The notes beneath the pieces are model-generated. The model was not told the DNA's origin and did not search any database. It saw only the letters and a program-made list of their open reading frames with translations. Shown here one piece after another: positions 26,130 through 36,206 of a DNA stretch of 48,033 nucleotides. A program made the translations under genes and the position numbers. Each line of letters begins with the position of its first letter. Positions within the stretch are counted from its first letter, which is position 1. Source of the stretch: an uncultured Candidatus Saccharibacteria bacterium (lineage in GTDB: Bacteria; Patescibacteriota; Saccharimonadia; Saccharimonadales; Saccharimonadaceae); contig CALMYZ010000047.1 in the NCBI GenBank assembly GCA_937873745.1, positions 1 to 48,033 on the forward strand. Reading direction: 5' to 3'.

Positions 26130-27479
26130 ATGGCGAAGTCTAAGAGTCAATATGTCTGCCAAAGCTGCGGCGCTAATTATCCGAAATGGAGCGGTCGTTG
26201 CGAAAATTGCGGTGAGTGGAATTCGCTAGTCGAGCAGATTGCTAGCGGTGGCAGTTCAGCTGTCGCCAAGGCGCAAAAGAGCGGCAAGACATTGTCGGTA
26301 CGCACCATGAAGTCGATCGAAGATAGCGATGAATCTCATCGCTACAAGACTGGATTTACAGACTTAGATGACGTCTTAGGCGGCGGCATCCTGGCTGGGG
26401 GCGTGTCTCTACTAGCTGGGCAGCCAGGTATAGGCAAGAGTACCTTACTCTTGCAGCTCGCGGCTTATGTGTCGCAGTCTAGGTCGGTTCTTTATGTTAG
26501 CGGCGAAGAGAGTGCCTCTCAGGTGAAGCTACGTGCTACTAGACTCAGTGCCGATGCCTCCGACGAGCTACATTTTGCCAGCAGCACAAGTGCGGACGAC
26601 GTAGCGGCTACTATTCGAGGTAGCCAATATTCACTAGTGATAGTTGACTCCATACAGACACTGAGTCTAGACGATATCACGAGTGCGCCTGGTACCGTTA
26701 GTCAGATTACCAATAGTAGCAATGTAATTATCCGGGCCGCCAAAGAGTCTGGTGCGGCTGTGATGTTGGTCGGTCACGTCACCAAGGAGGGCTCGATTGC
26801 TGGCCCGAAAGTTTTGGAGCATCTAGTTGACGTTGTTTTGCAGTTTGAGGGCGATCGTTATGGCGGCTTCAAGATAGTGCGTGCTGTCAAAAACCGCTAC
26901 GGTAGTACGAGCGAGGCGGCTATTTTTGAGATGGTTCAAGAGGGTCTAAAGCTAGTAGAAAACCCTTCGGCTGCGTTATTGGCTGAACGTCAAGATGCCG
27001 ACGGCTCGGTAGTTTTAGCTACCCTGGAAGGCACCCGTCCGCTCCTGGTAGAGATCCAGGCACTTGTCAATCCGACAAATTTCGGGTATCCTAAACGTAC
27101 TGCCTCTGGTTTTGACCTGAATCGCCTAAACCTACTAGTAGCCGTTCTCGAGAAGAGGACCAAACTGAATTTATCAGACAAAGATATCTATATAAATGTA
27201 GTAGGTGGCCTCAAGTTACAGGATCCGGCAGCCGATCTAGCTGTAGCGATGGCGATTGCTAGCGCCGCAGCTGGCCGCAAGCTATCAGAGAATCTAGTCG
27301 TATTTGGTGAGGTAGGTTTGGGCGGCGAGATACGCAGTGTACGTGGTGCTGATCAGCGAATTGCCGAGGCTAAGAAGCTTGGTTTTGACGGGGCACTAGG
27401 TCCAAAGAGCGGCAAAAAGAATTTATTTATACGAAGCGTAGCTGATATTCGTCAGGCGCTCGTCGATTACGTCAAGTAA
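26130..27479 (+). CDS. radA: DNA repair protein RadA/Sms
   Basis: N-terminal C4 zinc finger (CQSCGANYPKWSGRCENCGEW), Walker A GQPGIGKST, KNRYG motif and a Lon-like C-terminal domain. Confidence 0.95.
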   Translation: MAKSKSQYVCQSCGANYPKWSGRCENCGEWNSLVEQIASGGSSAVAKAQKSGKTLSVRTMKSIEDSDESHRYKTGFTDLDDVLGGGILAGGVSLLAGQPGIGKSTLLLQLAAYVSQSRSVLYVSGEESASQVKLRATRLSADASDELHFASSTSADDVAATIRGSQYSLVIVDSIQTLSLDDITSAPGTVSQITNSSNVIIRAAKESGAAVMLVGHVTKEGSIAGPKVLEHLVDVVLQFEGDRYGGFKIVRAVKNRYGSTSEAAIFEMVQEGLKLVENPSAALLAERQDADGSVVLATLEGTRPLLVEIQALVNPTNFGYPKRTASGFDLNRLNLLVAVLEKRTKLNLSDKDIYINVVGGLKLQDPAADLAVAMAIASAAAGRKLSENLVVFGEVGLGGEIRSVRGADQRIAEAKKLGFDGALGPKSGKKNLFIRSVADIRQALVDYVK

Positions 27480-27494
27480 TCAGGAAGGAAATAT

Positions 27495-28388
27495 ATGGAA
27501 ATATTTATAGCAGTAGCACTAGCGGTGCTACTTATCGAGGTGACTTATCTGGTGTACAGAGGCTATTCGCCTATCGCAACTAGTAGTCGTAAGGCCGGCA
27601 GAGGCCCGGTTTTTGTAGACACCTCAGTCTTGATGGACGGTCGGATATTGGCCCTAGCTGAATCTGGTTTTATCGGCCGAGACTTGTATGTACCACGTTC
27701 GGTTGTCGGTGAACTGCAGTTTTTGGCTGACAATGGCGACGCCGATAAGCGTATGCGAGCTCGAGCCGGGCTGGATTTGATCAGTGAGCTACAGGCCTTG
27801 CCAGACGCTAGTGTAACCCTGTTTCAAGACGGTTCGATAGCCAGGGATGGTGTTGATGACAGGTTGCTCGAATTAGCCAAGAAGCACAGTGGAGCAATCT
27901 GTACGATAGACTTTAACCTCAACAAGGTTGCTACCGTAGAGTCTATAGAGGTCTTGAATATCAACGAGCTTGCCAAGCAATTACGAGCTACTTATTTACC
28001 GGGTGAGCGTATATCACTGGCGCTAACTCAGAAGGGTCAAGATCCGCACCAAGCGATCGGACATCTAGAGGATAGTACCATGGTGGTCGTAGAGCAAGCG
28101 TCCCAGAAGATTGGCTCTACTGTGGAGGTTGAATTGATACGAAGCCTTCAAACTTCTGCTGGTAAAATGCTATTTGCGCGAGTTGTCGATGGTGATAAAC
28201 CTAAATCTAAGTCGTCTACCAAAAAGCTTGTCACCAAGGGTCGCGCTCCGATGGTAAGCAAGCAATCGACACAGCCAAGCAAGACGCAGCAATCTAAGCC
28301 GAAGGGTGCTCCTACTAAATCTAGCAAGCCTCGACGCAAGAATGATACAGAGGCTTCGATTATCGAGCTGGCTAATCGTCAGCCGTAG
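27495..28388 (+). CDS. PIN/TRAM domain protein (YacL-like) with Lys/Ser/Gln-rich tail
   Basis: N-terminal TM helix, PIN domain (VFVDTSVLMDGRI...), and TRAM-like domain (GSTVEVELIRSLQTSAGKMLFARV). Its position after radA matches Firmicutes clpC-radA-...-yacL. Confidence 0.8.
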   Translation: MEIFIAVALAVLLIEVTYLVYRGYSPIATSSRKAGRGPVFVDTSVLMDGRILALAESGFIGRDLYVPRSVVGELQFLADNGDADKRMRARAGLDLISELQALPDASVTLFQDGSIARDGVDDRLLELAKKHSGAICTIDFNLNKVATVESIEVLNINELAKQLRATYLPGERISLALTQKGQDPHQAIGHLEDSTMVVVEQASQKIGSTVEVELIRSLQTSAGKMLFARVVDGDKPKSKSSTKKLVTKGRAPMVSKQSTQPSKTQQSKPKGAPTKSSKPRRKNDTEASIIELANRQP

Positions 28389-31023
28389 GTGCGGTATATT
28401 TGATGCTGCCACTACCGGTGTAGAATCCTTCATCTTCGACAGATACAGACACGGTGACGGTCTCACCCGGTTTGAAATTGTAGATAGTACTTTGCTTGCT
28501 TGACGTCGCAGCAGTATTGCTGACTGTCGTATTGTTTACCTTTATTTCCACCTTCTTTAGGCCGAAGGCTCCACTGCCTATATTGATAGTGATAACATTG
28601 CCGGTGACGTCGATCGAGTTGATAGTTGGCTTGGCGTCGTCACATTTATGCCTATCATCCTCTTCGAGTGCATTGTAGCCATCTGGGGCGATGAAGGTGT
28701 CTTTCTTGGTCATTGGATCTAGTGTCTTGGTGACGGCTATTTCTATCTTGGCAGCTTCTGGTGTACAGCTATTAGCTTTCTTTTTAGATACTTGGTCGAA
28801 TACCATCTTTGCTTGTGTAGAGCCGTTGCTCTTGCTAAACCAAGACGGCCATATGTCGTATCGTCCATTGACGGCCATTTTTTTAATACCTTCTGGCGTC
28901 TTGAAGTCGTCGCCGGATTTCCATTGTCCTGAGCTAGCGTAGACTTCCTTGTGAACGCGCTCCATATAGTCGTTGACGACACGCCGTACCACATTGTTGT
29001 TATCTGATGCCATAGGAGACCCGTCATGATTGCCAGACCATACGCCGACCGACACTGCCGGCGAATAGCTCATCATCCAAGAGTCCTTAGCTTGTCCATT
29101 ACCGTTTTCGGTGGTACCGGTCTTGGTGGCTGTAGTGACGCCTGGTACCACGAAGCCATAGCTGTAGGCTTGGCCGCCGAAGGTGATGCTCCGGGCATTG
29201 GCGTCTTTTAGGATGTCTGTCACCATGTAGGCTGCCTGCGGATCTAGGACTTGCTTTGGCGTGTCTTTCCAGCTCTTGAGCGTTTCGCCGGATGAGTTTT
29301 TTATCTCTAGTACATAACTAAGCGGCTTGTATACACCACCGCGACCAAGTGTGGCATAGGCATTGGTGTGTTCGACTTGGCGCAGTGAGCAGCCGCCACC
29401 GATAGCCGATGACAATCCGGCTTGCGTGTTGCCGGTACAGTAGGAGAGGTCACCCATGGCGCGAGTGTTTTTGAGGCTTTCGTCAACGCCGGCGATATAC
29501 ATCGCTTTGACGGCGGGTATATTTAGAGATCCTGCGAGCGATTGCCTGATAGTTAGACCACCGTAGAAGCGACCGCTGTAGTTGCGTAGCTTACAGCCGG
29601 ATGGCGAGCCATTACAGTAGACCGAGTCGATATTTTCGTCCACTAGTACCGAACCTGGTCCGTAATTGACACCTTCGCGCTGCTTGAATAGTGAGGCGTA
29701 GTCAGCTATTGGTTTAATACTAGAGCCTGGCTCGAGTAGTGATGTCGAGGCGTTGCGCTGGCCATAGACGTCTTTATTGTAATCGACACTACCAACCATG
29801 GCGATGACCTGACCAGTCTTGACGTCGACTGAGCTCATAGCTACGTTGTCGGCACCGACATATTTAAGTCCCTCGGCACCAGTAGTAATAGCCTGTTCGG
29901 CTATTTCTTGAGCTTTTAGGTCTAGAGTTGTCTTGACCGATAATCCACCTTGGCGTATGGTCTTGATGCCGTATTCTCGCTCTAGCTGGTTTTTGACCTC
30001 TAGTACGAAGTGGGGGGCTTTCATGTCTGCATACTGAGCTGATTCTGGACGTATCTGATCGATAATCGGCACTTTCTTGGCGGCGTCGGCCTCAGACTTG
30101 GTAATCATCTTTTGATCAACCATGTTGTTTAGAACGAGGTGCTGGCGATTTATTAGCATTTCATTGCCGGCGGTGTTGTATGGATTGTATACGGCTGGAT
30201 TTTGGGGGATACCCGCCAAGAGCGAGGCTTCAGCTAGGGTCAGGTCTTTGGCTGACTTATTGAAATAAGTCTGGGCAGCTGACTCGACACCGTTGCGACG
30301 ACCGCCGTATGGCGATTCATTGAGGTATAGAGCTAGAATCTGATCTTTGTTGTACATACGCTCAACTTCTATAGCCAGAATCATCTCCTTGATCTTGCGA
30401 GGCACTCCACCCCAGCCGCGATCATGGGCTTCGTCGGCGAAGAATACTTGTTTGACTAATTGTTGAGTGAGAGTCGAGCCACCCTGGACACTGCCACCGC
30501 TGGCGTTATTGACGGCAGCCCGCACCATGCCTTGTATACTGACACCGCGATGACTATTAAAGTCCTTGTCCTCGATGGCGATAGTGGCTTTTTTCATGTA
30601 TTGATTTATCTCATCACTCTTGACGACTAGCTTGTAGTTGCCATCGCCCTTATCTTCCCAGAGCAGTGTGCCATTACGGTCGTAATATTTGGTGACGGTA
30701 GTCTGCACTCGCTTGGCTAGCTCGGCTGGTCGAATCTTGTCCAAGTCTTTACGATAGTAGGCGAACAGTCCACCAAACAGCAGTACGCCGAGCAAGACAG
30801 CCACGCCAGCCAACTTGAGCGCCATAATGCCGCCTTCTTTACTAAACCAATACCTATATAGACGCTTAGGGTGTAGCCTGTGAAAGAAACGCTTGACCGG
30901 ATGTTTCGGCAAGCTAGCTAAATGCTCGGCACGTTTGCGTGAGGCCGAATCTTTGCGGGTCTTGCGGCGATGCGAAAGATTAGCATAAACATTAAGCTTG
31001 CGTGGCGTACGTTTCTTGGTCAC
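28372..31023 (-). CDS. Class A penicillin-binding protein (glycosyltransferase GT51 plus transpeptidase) with C-terminal beta-rich extension
   Basis: GT51 motifs EDKDFNSHRGV and GGSTLTQQL. Transpeptidase motifs SSIK (SxxK) and KTGTT. Basic cytoplasmic tail plus one TM helix. GTG start at 31023. The 3' end overlaps the PIN/TRAM gene by 17 nt. Confidence 0.93.
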   Translation of the reverse strand: MTKKRTPRKLNVYANLSHRRKTRKDSASRKRAEHLASLPKHPVKRFFHRLHPKRLYRYWFSKEGGIMALKLAGVAVLLGVLLFGGLFAYYRKDLDKIRPAELAKRVQTTVTKYYDRNGTLLWEDKGDGNYKLVVKSDEINQYMKKATIAIEDKDFNSHRGVSIQGMVRAAVNNASGGSVQGGSTLTQQLVKQVFFADEAHDRGWGGVPRKIKEMILAIEVERMYNKDQILALYLNESPYGGRRNGVESAAQTYFNKSAKDLTLAEASLLAGIPQNPAVYNPYNTAGNEMLINRQHLVLNNMVDQKMITKSEADAAKKVPIIDQIRPESAQYADMKAPHFVLEVKNQLEREYGIKTIRQGGLSVKTTLDLKAQEIAEQAITTGAEGLKYVGADNVAMSSVDVKTGQVIAMVGSVDYNKDVYGQRNASTSLLEPGSSIKPIADYASLFKQREGVNYGPGSVLVDENIDSVYCNGSPSGCKLRNYSGRFYGGLTIRQSLAGSLNIPAVKAMYIAGVDESLKNTRAMGDLSYCTGNTQAGLSSAIGGGCSLRQVEHTNAYATLGRGGVYKPLSYVLEIKNSSGETLKSWKDTPKQVLDPQAAYMVTDILKDANARSITFGGQAYSYGFVVPGVTTATKTGTTENGNGQAKDSWMMSYSPAVSVGVWSGNHDGSPMASDNNNVVRRVVNDYMERVHKEVYASSGQWKSGDDFKTPEGIKKMAVNGRYDIWPSWFSKSNGSTQAKMVFDQVSKKKANSCTPEAAKIEIAVTKTLDPMTKKDTFIAPDGYNALEEDDRHKCDDAKPTINSIDVTGNVITINIGSGAFGLKKVEIKVNNTTVSNTAATSSKQSTIYNFKPGETVTVSVSVEDEGFYTGSGSIKYTAPTADD

Positions 31024-31071
31024 TTTATATTATTTCCCATAAGCAATATTCCTTCTATTATATCACTAAAA

Positions 31072-31099
31072 TCGACAAACAAGCCTTTTCTGCTATACT
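31072..31099 (+). promoter_or_regulatory. Candidate tyrS promoter TCGACA-N16-TGcTATACT
   Basis: TCGACA 31072-31077. Extended -10 TGc (31091-31093) plus TATACT (31094-31099). AAGGAG SD before the ATG at 31131. Confidence 0.5.
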
Positions 31100-31130
31100 G
31101 AATCATGTAATTAACAGATAAGGAGATAGG

Positions 31131-32345
31131 ATGAAATTTTCCGAAGAACTCGAGTGGCGTGGTTTTATAAACCAGACTACATACCCAGACATATCAACCC
31201 TAGACGGCGAACCTATCTCTTTGTATTTTGGCGTAGATCCTAGTGCTCACGGCATGCAGATTGGTAACTTGGCGGCAGCCATGATGGTACGACGCTTTGC
31301 AGATCAGGGCCACAAGGTATTTTTGCTAGTCGGTGGAGCTACTGGTATGATCGGCGATCCAGATGGCAAGCTAGATGAGCGCAATCTTAAGTCGCTCGAC
31401 GACATTGCTAAAAATAAGGCTGAAATAGCTCGTCAATACAGCGAGCTATTTGCTAGCAAGCCGATTACGATCGTCGACAATTATGATTGGTTCAAAGGTA
31501 TAAACTACCTTGATTTCTTGCGCGAAGTTGGCAAAAATGTGCCGGTCAGCCAGATGCTGGGTCGGGATTTTATCCAGACTAGGCTTGGTGAGGGCGGTAC
31601 CGGAATCAGCTACGCTGAATTTAGCTACGCACTTATCCAAGCTTACGATTTCCTTCACTTGCGTCGTGAACACGGTGTCAGTCTACAGCTCTGTGGTGCT
31701 GATCAGTGGGGAAATTCGATTGCTGGTGTCGATCTGATTCGTCGTATCGATGGCGGCGAGGCGCATGTTTTGAGCCAGCCGCTTGTTATGAACGCCTCGA
31801 CTGGCCGCAAATTTGGCAAGTCAGAAGAGGGTGCGGTCTGGCTTGACCCCAAGCAGACTTCGGTCTACAAGTTTTTCCAATTCTGGCTCAATGTCGATGA
31901 TATCGGCGTAGAAAGCTACCTAAAGGTATATACGCTACTGGCCCGCGAGGAAATTGAAACCCTGGTAGCTAGCCACTTAGAAAACCCGGGCCTGCGCTTG
32001 GCTCAAAAGAAACTGGCCGAAGAGGTGACAGCGCTAGTTCACGGCCGCGAAGCTATGGAGAGTGTCAAGCGTGTCACGGCTGTACTGTTCGGTGGTGATG
32101 AATTCGCCAGCCTATCCACTGATGATCTCGACGCACTAGCTAGAGAAATACCAGTCGTAGCTATTGGCAAGACTATCGTTGAAAGTTTGGTTGAGGCTGG
32201 CGTAGCTGCGAGTAATGGCGAAGCCAAGCGACTACTCTCAGGCGGCGGCGTATCTATCAACGGCCAAAAAATAACTGACGATCAGCCCATTGATTCGGCT
32301 AGCTTGCTCAAGAAGGGCAAGAACAGCTTCATCCTCGTTCGCTAG
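31131..32345 (+). CDS. tyrS: Tyrosyl-tRNA synthetase
   Basis: HIGH-region variant (DPSAHGMQIGN), LCGADQWGNSIAGVDLIRR, KFGKS (KMSKS) and a C-terminal S4 domain. Confidence 0.93.
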   Translation: MKFSEELEWRGFINQTTYPDISTLDGEPISLYFGVDPSAHGMQIGNLAAAMMVRRFADQGHKVFLLVGGATGMIGDPDGKLDERNLKSLDDIAKNKAEIARQYSELFASKPITIVDNYDWFKGINYLDFLREVGKNVPVSQMLGRDFIQTRLGEGGTGISYAEFSYALIQAYDFLHLRREHGVSLQLCGADQWGNSIAGVDLIRRIDGGEAHVLSQPLVMNASTGRKFGKSEEGAVWLDPKQTSVYKFFQFWLNVDDIGVESYLKVYTLLAREEIETLVASHLENPGLRLAQKKLAEEVTALVHGREAMESVKRVTAVLFGGDEFASLSTDDLDALAREIPVVAIGKTIVESLVEAGVAASNGEAKRLLSGGGVSINGQKITDDQPIDSASLLKKGKNSFILVR

Positions 32346-32393
32346 TCGATGCTATAATAGACTGTAGATAATCGAACTATTATAGGAGGGTCA

Positions 32394-34172
32394 ATGCTGC
32401 CGAGTAATGCCAGTCAAAATCTATCATCAGATGCTATCGCAAATATCGAGCTTTGGCTGACGCAGCCGAAGTACGCCGAGTATAAAGACGAGCTGCTCAA
32501 GATGATCCGGGCAGAGCGCTGGCATGAGCTAGAAGACGCTTTTTTCAAAGTCGTGGAATTTGGGACAGCTGGTCGGCGTGGTACGACAGGCCTCGGCTCC
32601 AATCGTATAAATAAAGTAACGATTGGCGAGTCTGCTCAAGCCCTCTGTGAATACGTCTTGTCGCATGACAAAGCTGCCGCCAGCAAGGGTGTCGCGATCG
32701 CCTACGACACTAGACTTACTTCACCTGAGCTGAGTCGTTTGGCGGCTGAAGTTTGTGCTGCCAATGGCTTCAAGGTTTATTATTTTGAGAGTTTTCGCTC
32801 GACGCCAGAGCTTAGCTTTGCGGTGCGCCACCTAGGCGCGGCTACGGGTATCGTCATCAGTGCGAGTCATAATCCGCCAGCCGACAATGGTTTCAAGGCT
32901 TATTGGAGCGACGGCGGGCAGATCGCTAGCCCGCACGACCAAGGCATACTCGACAAAGCCGAGGCGATTAGCGATATCAAAACCGGTTCGTTCGATGAAT
33001 TTGTAGCCTCGGGTGTGATAGAGATTATCGGCGAAGCCGTCGACAGGGCTTATATAGAAAGGGTAGCTGCTGAGGCCGAGGGTCAGGCTCGTGACATCTC
33101 GATCGTCTATTCGCCACTTCACGGTGCCGGCCAGACTAATACTCTGCCGATACTACGGGCGGCTGGCTTTGACGATATCAAGGTCGTCGAGCCTCAGATG
33201 ACTCCAGACGGTAATTTTCCGACCATACCAAATGGCAAGCCAAATCCACAAGAAAAAGCTGCCAATGACATGGCGGTCGAGATGCTAATAGGCACAGCTG
33301 CTGATATAGCCATTACCAACGACCCAGACGCCGATAGACTAGGTGTGATGGTGCGTCGCGGTAGTGATGTCGTGTATCTGTCTGGCAATCAGACCTATAT
33401 ATTAGGCGCTGATTATATATTGAGCAAGCTAAAGTCAAAGGGTACACTCAGTCCTAGTCATTTCCTGGTCAACACAATCGTAACTACCGACATGAGCGCA
33501 GCTTTGGCTAAGTATTACGACGTAACTTGCTACAATACGCTGCCGGTCGGCTTCAAATATGTCGGTGCGCTCATCACCTCCAAGGAGTCGACAGACGAAA
33601 AGTTTGTCTATGGTGGCGAGGAAAGTTATGGCGGCCTGAAGGGTGTGTATGCTCGCGACAAAGACGGCGCTAGTGCGGCTCTGCCGCTGGCTGAATATGC
33701 TGCCGAGCTCAAACTAGAGGGTAAGACTCTATGGGATAAACTGACGGAGCTCTATATCCAACACGGTCTATATGTCGAGCAGCTAGAAAATATCGATTCA
33801 CCGGGCGCAGATGGTTTTACCAACATGAAGCGCGCCATGGAGATATTACGTACCGAGCCGCCTCGCAAAATCGGCGACTACGAAGTGACCGCGATACTAG
33901 ACTATCAGAGTCTGGAGCGTAGAGACGTTGCTACTGGTGAGATTACAGTCATCGATAGTATCGCCAACAATACAGTGGCTGTCGAACTAGGCAGCTATGA
34001 GCGACGACTGACTGTTCGACCTAGTGGCACCGAGCCAAAGATGAAATTTTATGGTATGTGGCAAGAACCGGCTAGCGACTTATCAGCTGAAGCTGTAGCG
34101 GGTCGTTACACTGAGCTACAAGAGCTCCTCGGTGATTTGTCGCGCAAGCTAGCTGCTCAGATATTGTCTTGA
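32394..34172 (+). CDS. Alpha-D-phosphohexomutase (phosphoglucomutase/phosphomannomutase, PgcA-like)
   Basis: FGTAGRRG, active-site SASHNPPADNGFK, metal-binding DPDADR, and a sugar-binding GEESYG-type loop. An extended -10 TGcTATAAT (32350-32358) lies upstream. Confidence 0.88.
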   Translation: MLPSNASQNLSSDAIANIELWLTQPKYAEYKDELLKMIRAERWHELEDAFFKVVEFGTAGRRGTTGLGSNRINKVTIGESAQALCEYVLSHDKAAASKGVAIAYDTRLTSPELSRLAAEVCAANGFKVYYFESFRSTPELSFAVRHLGAATGIVISASHNPPADNGFKAYWSDGGQIASPHDQGILDKAEAISDIKTGSFDEFVASGVIEIIGEAVDRAYIERVAAEAEGQARDISIVYSPLHGAGQTNTLPILRAAGFDDIKVVEPQMTPDGNFPTIPNGKPNPQEKAANDMAVEMLIGTAADIAITNDPDADRLGVMVRRGSDVVYLSGNQTYILGADYILSKLKSKGTLSPSHFLVNTIVTTDMSAALAKYYDVTCYNTLPVGFKYVGALITSKESTDEKFVYGGEESYGGLKGVYARDKDGASAALPLAEYAAELKLEGKTLWDKLTELYIQHGLYVEQLENIDSPGADGFTNMKRAMEILRTEPPRKIGDYEVTAILDYQSLERRDVATGEITVIDSIANNTVAVELGSYERRLTVRPSGTEPKMKFYGMWQEPASDLSAEAVAGRYTELQELLGDLSRKLAAQILS

Positions 34173-34173
34173 T

Positions 34174-36204
34174 ATGAATCTAAATACTTCGCTCCAAAAA
34201 ATCAAAGGCGTCGGCGACAAGACGGCCGAACAATTCGCCGAGGCAGGCCTGAGGACGGTTGGTGATTTGATAGACTTTTTGCCGCGCAAGCACGAGGATT
34301 TTTCTGAAGTAACGCCAATCGCAGATTTACAGCCTGGCAAGGTGACGATTCGCGCACGCTGCGAGTCTGTGTCGACCAGAATCGTCAAACGTGGTATGAA
34401 AATAACTACAGCTACATTAGTCGATTCGAGCGGCAAATTAAAGGCTGTTTGGTTCAATCAAGCTTATCGAGCTCAGCAGCTCAAAGATACCGATCAAGAG
34501 TTCTTTTTTTCTGGCCAGTTCGAATTTCAGTTCAATCGCTATCAACTGACCGCGCCCAGCTGCGAGAAGGTCAGCGACATGCCGGTCCAGACCGACAGAT
34601 TATTGCCAGTGTATCGCCAGATAAAGGGCTTAAAGACTCAGCTAGTGCGCAAAATCTTAGCCGAGCTGCGACCGCTCATGACGATGCTGCCAGAGACGCT
34701 ACCTAGCCGGATGGTTAAGTCCGAAGGGCTGCTCTCGCGTAGCCAGGCGACACTCGGCATGCATTTTCCTGACAGCCCGAGCGATGTCGAGCGTGCACGA
34801 GAGCGATTGGCTTTTGAGGAGTTGTTTCAGTTGCTACTGGCGAGCCAATACAACAAGCAAGCCAACACACAGCTCGAAGGCTGGCGCATACCTTTTGAGC
34901 AAGCTGTCGTGGCTAAGTTTGTCGCGGATTTGCCATACCAACTAACAGGTGCGCAGCGGCGAGCTATCTGGAGTATCTTGCAGGATTTTGAAAATCCGCA
35001 TCCGATGAATCGCCTACTTCAGGGTGACGTCGGCTCGGGCAAGACTATCGTTGCTGGAGTAGCTAGTCGGCAAGCGGCTTCGCATGGTTTTCAGACAGCT
35101 ATAATGGCACCGACCGAGATATTGGCTTCACAGCACGCCGAGACGCTACAGGGTCTACTCTCTTCGCATGATGTATCGGTGGCGCTGCTAACTGGCAGCG
35201 TCAAAGGCAAGGCTCGTCAGTTATTGCTGGAATCTATCGCCGAAGGTGAAGTCGATGTCGTCGTGGGTACGCATGCTTTGATACAAGACACTGTCGAATT
35301 TCACAAGCTAGGCTTCGTGGTGATAGATGAGCAGCATCGTTTTGGTGTAGCTCAGCGTCAGGATTTGCTCAAAAAATCCAAACACCTGCCGCATCTCCTC
35401 TCGATGACAGCCACGCCCATCCCGCGTAGCCTGGCGTTGACGGTTTATGGCGAGCTAGATGTTAGCGTGCTAGACGAGCTACCAGCAGGGCGCAAGCCTA
35501 TAGAGACGAAGCTATGGTCGCCAAATAGTCGCACTCAACTAAACAGTCTGATAGATGAGCAGATTTCACTCGGCCGGCAAGTCTATGTTGTCTGCAGCCT
35601 GATAGATGAGAACTTTGCCAATGACAAAAAGAGTGTCGAAACCGAGTATAAGCGCCTAAAATTAGTATTCAAAAATCGCAACATAGGCATATTACACGGC
35701 AAGATGAAGCCAGACGAAAAAGATCAAGTGATGCGCAGCTTTGCGGCTGGAGAGATAGATATACTCGTTAGCACTACAGTGGTCGAGGTAGGCGTAAATG
35801 TACCAAATGCTAGCGTCATGTTGATCGAAAACGCCGACACCTTTGGTCTGAGTCAGCTACATCAGCTGCGTGGTCGGGTCGGTCGTGGTGCGCATCAGAG
35901 TTATTGCTACTTGATGATGAGTGACAGTAAAAAGCCTAGTCAGCGACTGAAAGAGATCGAGCGCTCGCAAGACGGCTTCTACTTGGCAGAAGTAGACTTG
36001 CGCCTGCGTGGTCCGGGCGAGATCTACGGTCGAGCTCAGCACGGCTCCTTGAACCTACAGGTCGCGACACTAGGCGACACCAAGCTGATCGCCCGAGCCC
36101 AAGTTGCCGCCAGGCAATTCGTCGAAACTGACCAAGACTTGCTACAATACAAAGAGTTAGCAGAAGCAATCAAATATTATCAAAGACTAACAACCCTCAA
36201 TTAA
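34174..36204 (+). CDS. recG: ATP-dependent DNA helicase RecG
   Basis: Wedge/OB N-terminal domain. Helicase motifs GDVGSGKT, DEQHRFG, SMTATPIPR and QLHQLRGRVGRG. Confidence 0.93.
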   Translation: MNLNTSLQKIKGVGDKTAEQFAEAGLRTVGDLIDFLPRKHEDFSEVTPIADLQPGKVTIRARCESVSTRIVKRGMKITTATLVDSSGKLKAVWFNQAYRAQQLKDTDQEFFFSGQFEFQFNRYQLTAPSCEKVSDMPVQTDRLLPVYRQIKGLKTQLVRKILAELRPLMTMLPETLPSRMVKSEGLLSRSQATLGMHFPDSPSDVERARERLAFEELFQLLLASQYNKQANTQLEGWRIPFEQAVVAKFVADLPYQLTGAQRRAIWSILQDFENPHPMNRLLQGDVGSGKTIVAGVASRQAASHGFQTAIMAPTEILASQHAETLQGLLSSHDVSVALLTGSVKGKARQLLLESIAEGEVDVVVGTHALIQDTVEFHKLGFVVIDEQHRFGVAQRQDLLKKSKHLPHLLSMTATPIPRSLALTVYGELDVSVLDELPAGRKPIETKLWSPNSRTQLNSLIDEQISLGRQVYVVCSLIDENFANDKKSVETEYKRLKLVFKNRNIGILHGKMKPDEKDQVMRSFAAGEIDILVSTTVVEVGVNVPNASVMLIENADTFGLSQLHQLRGRVGRGAHQSYCYLMMSDSKKPSQRLKEIERSQDGFYLAEVDLRLRGPGEIYGRAQHGSLNLQVATLGDTKLIARAQVAARQFVETDQDLLQYKELAEAIKYYQRLTTLN

Positions 36205-36206
36205 CT

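Noticed and set aside
31024-31130. Possible T-box or other long leader upstream of tyrS (likewise upstream of hisS at 41590-41628).
   Set aside because: The spacing between the candidate -10 boxes and the start codons is under 35 nt. That is far too short for a T-box, and no specifier or T-box sequence was seen.
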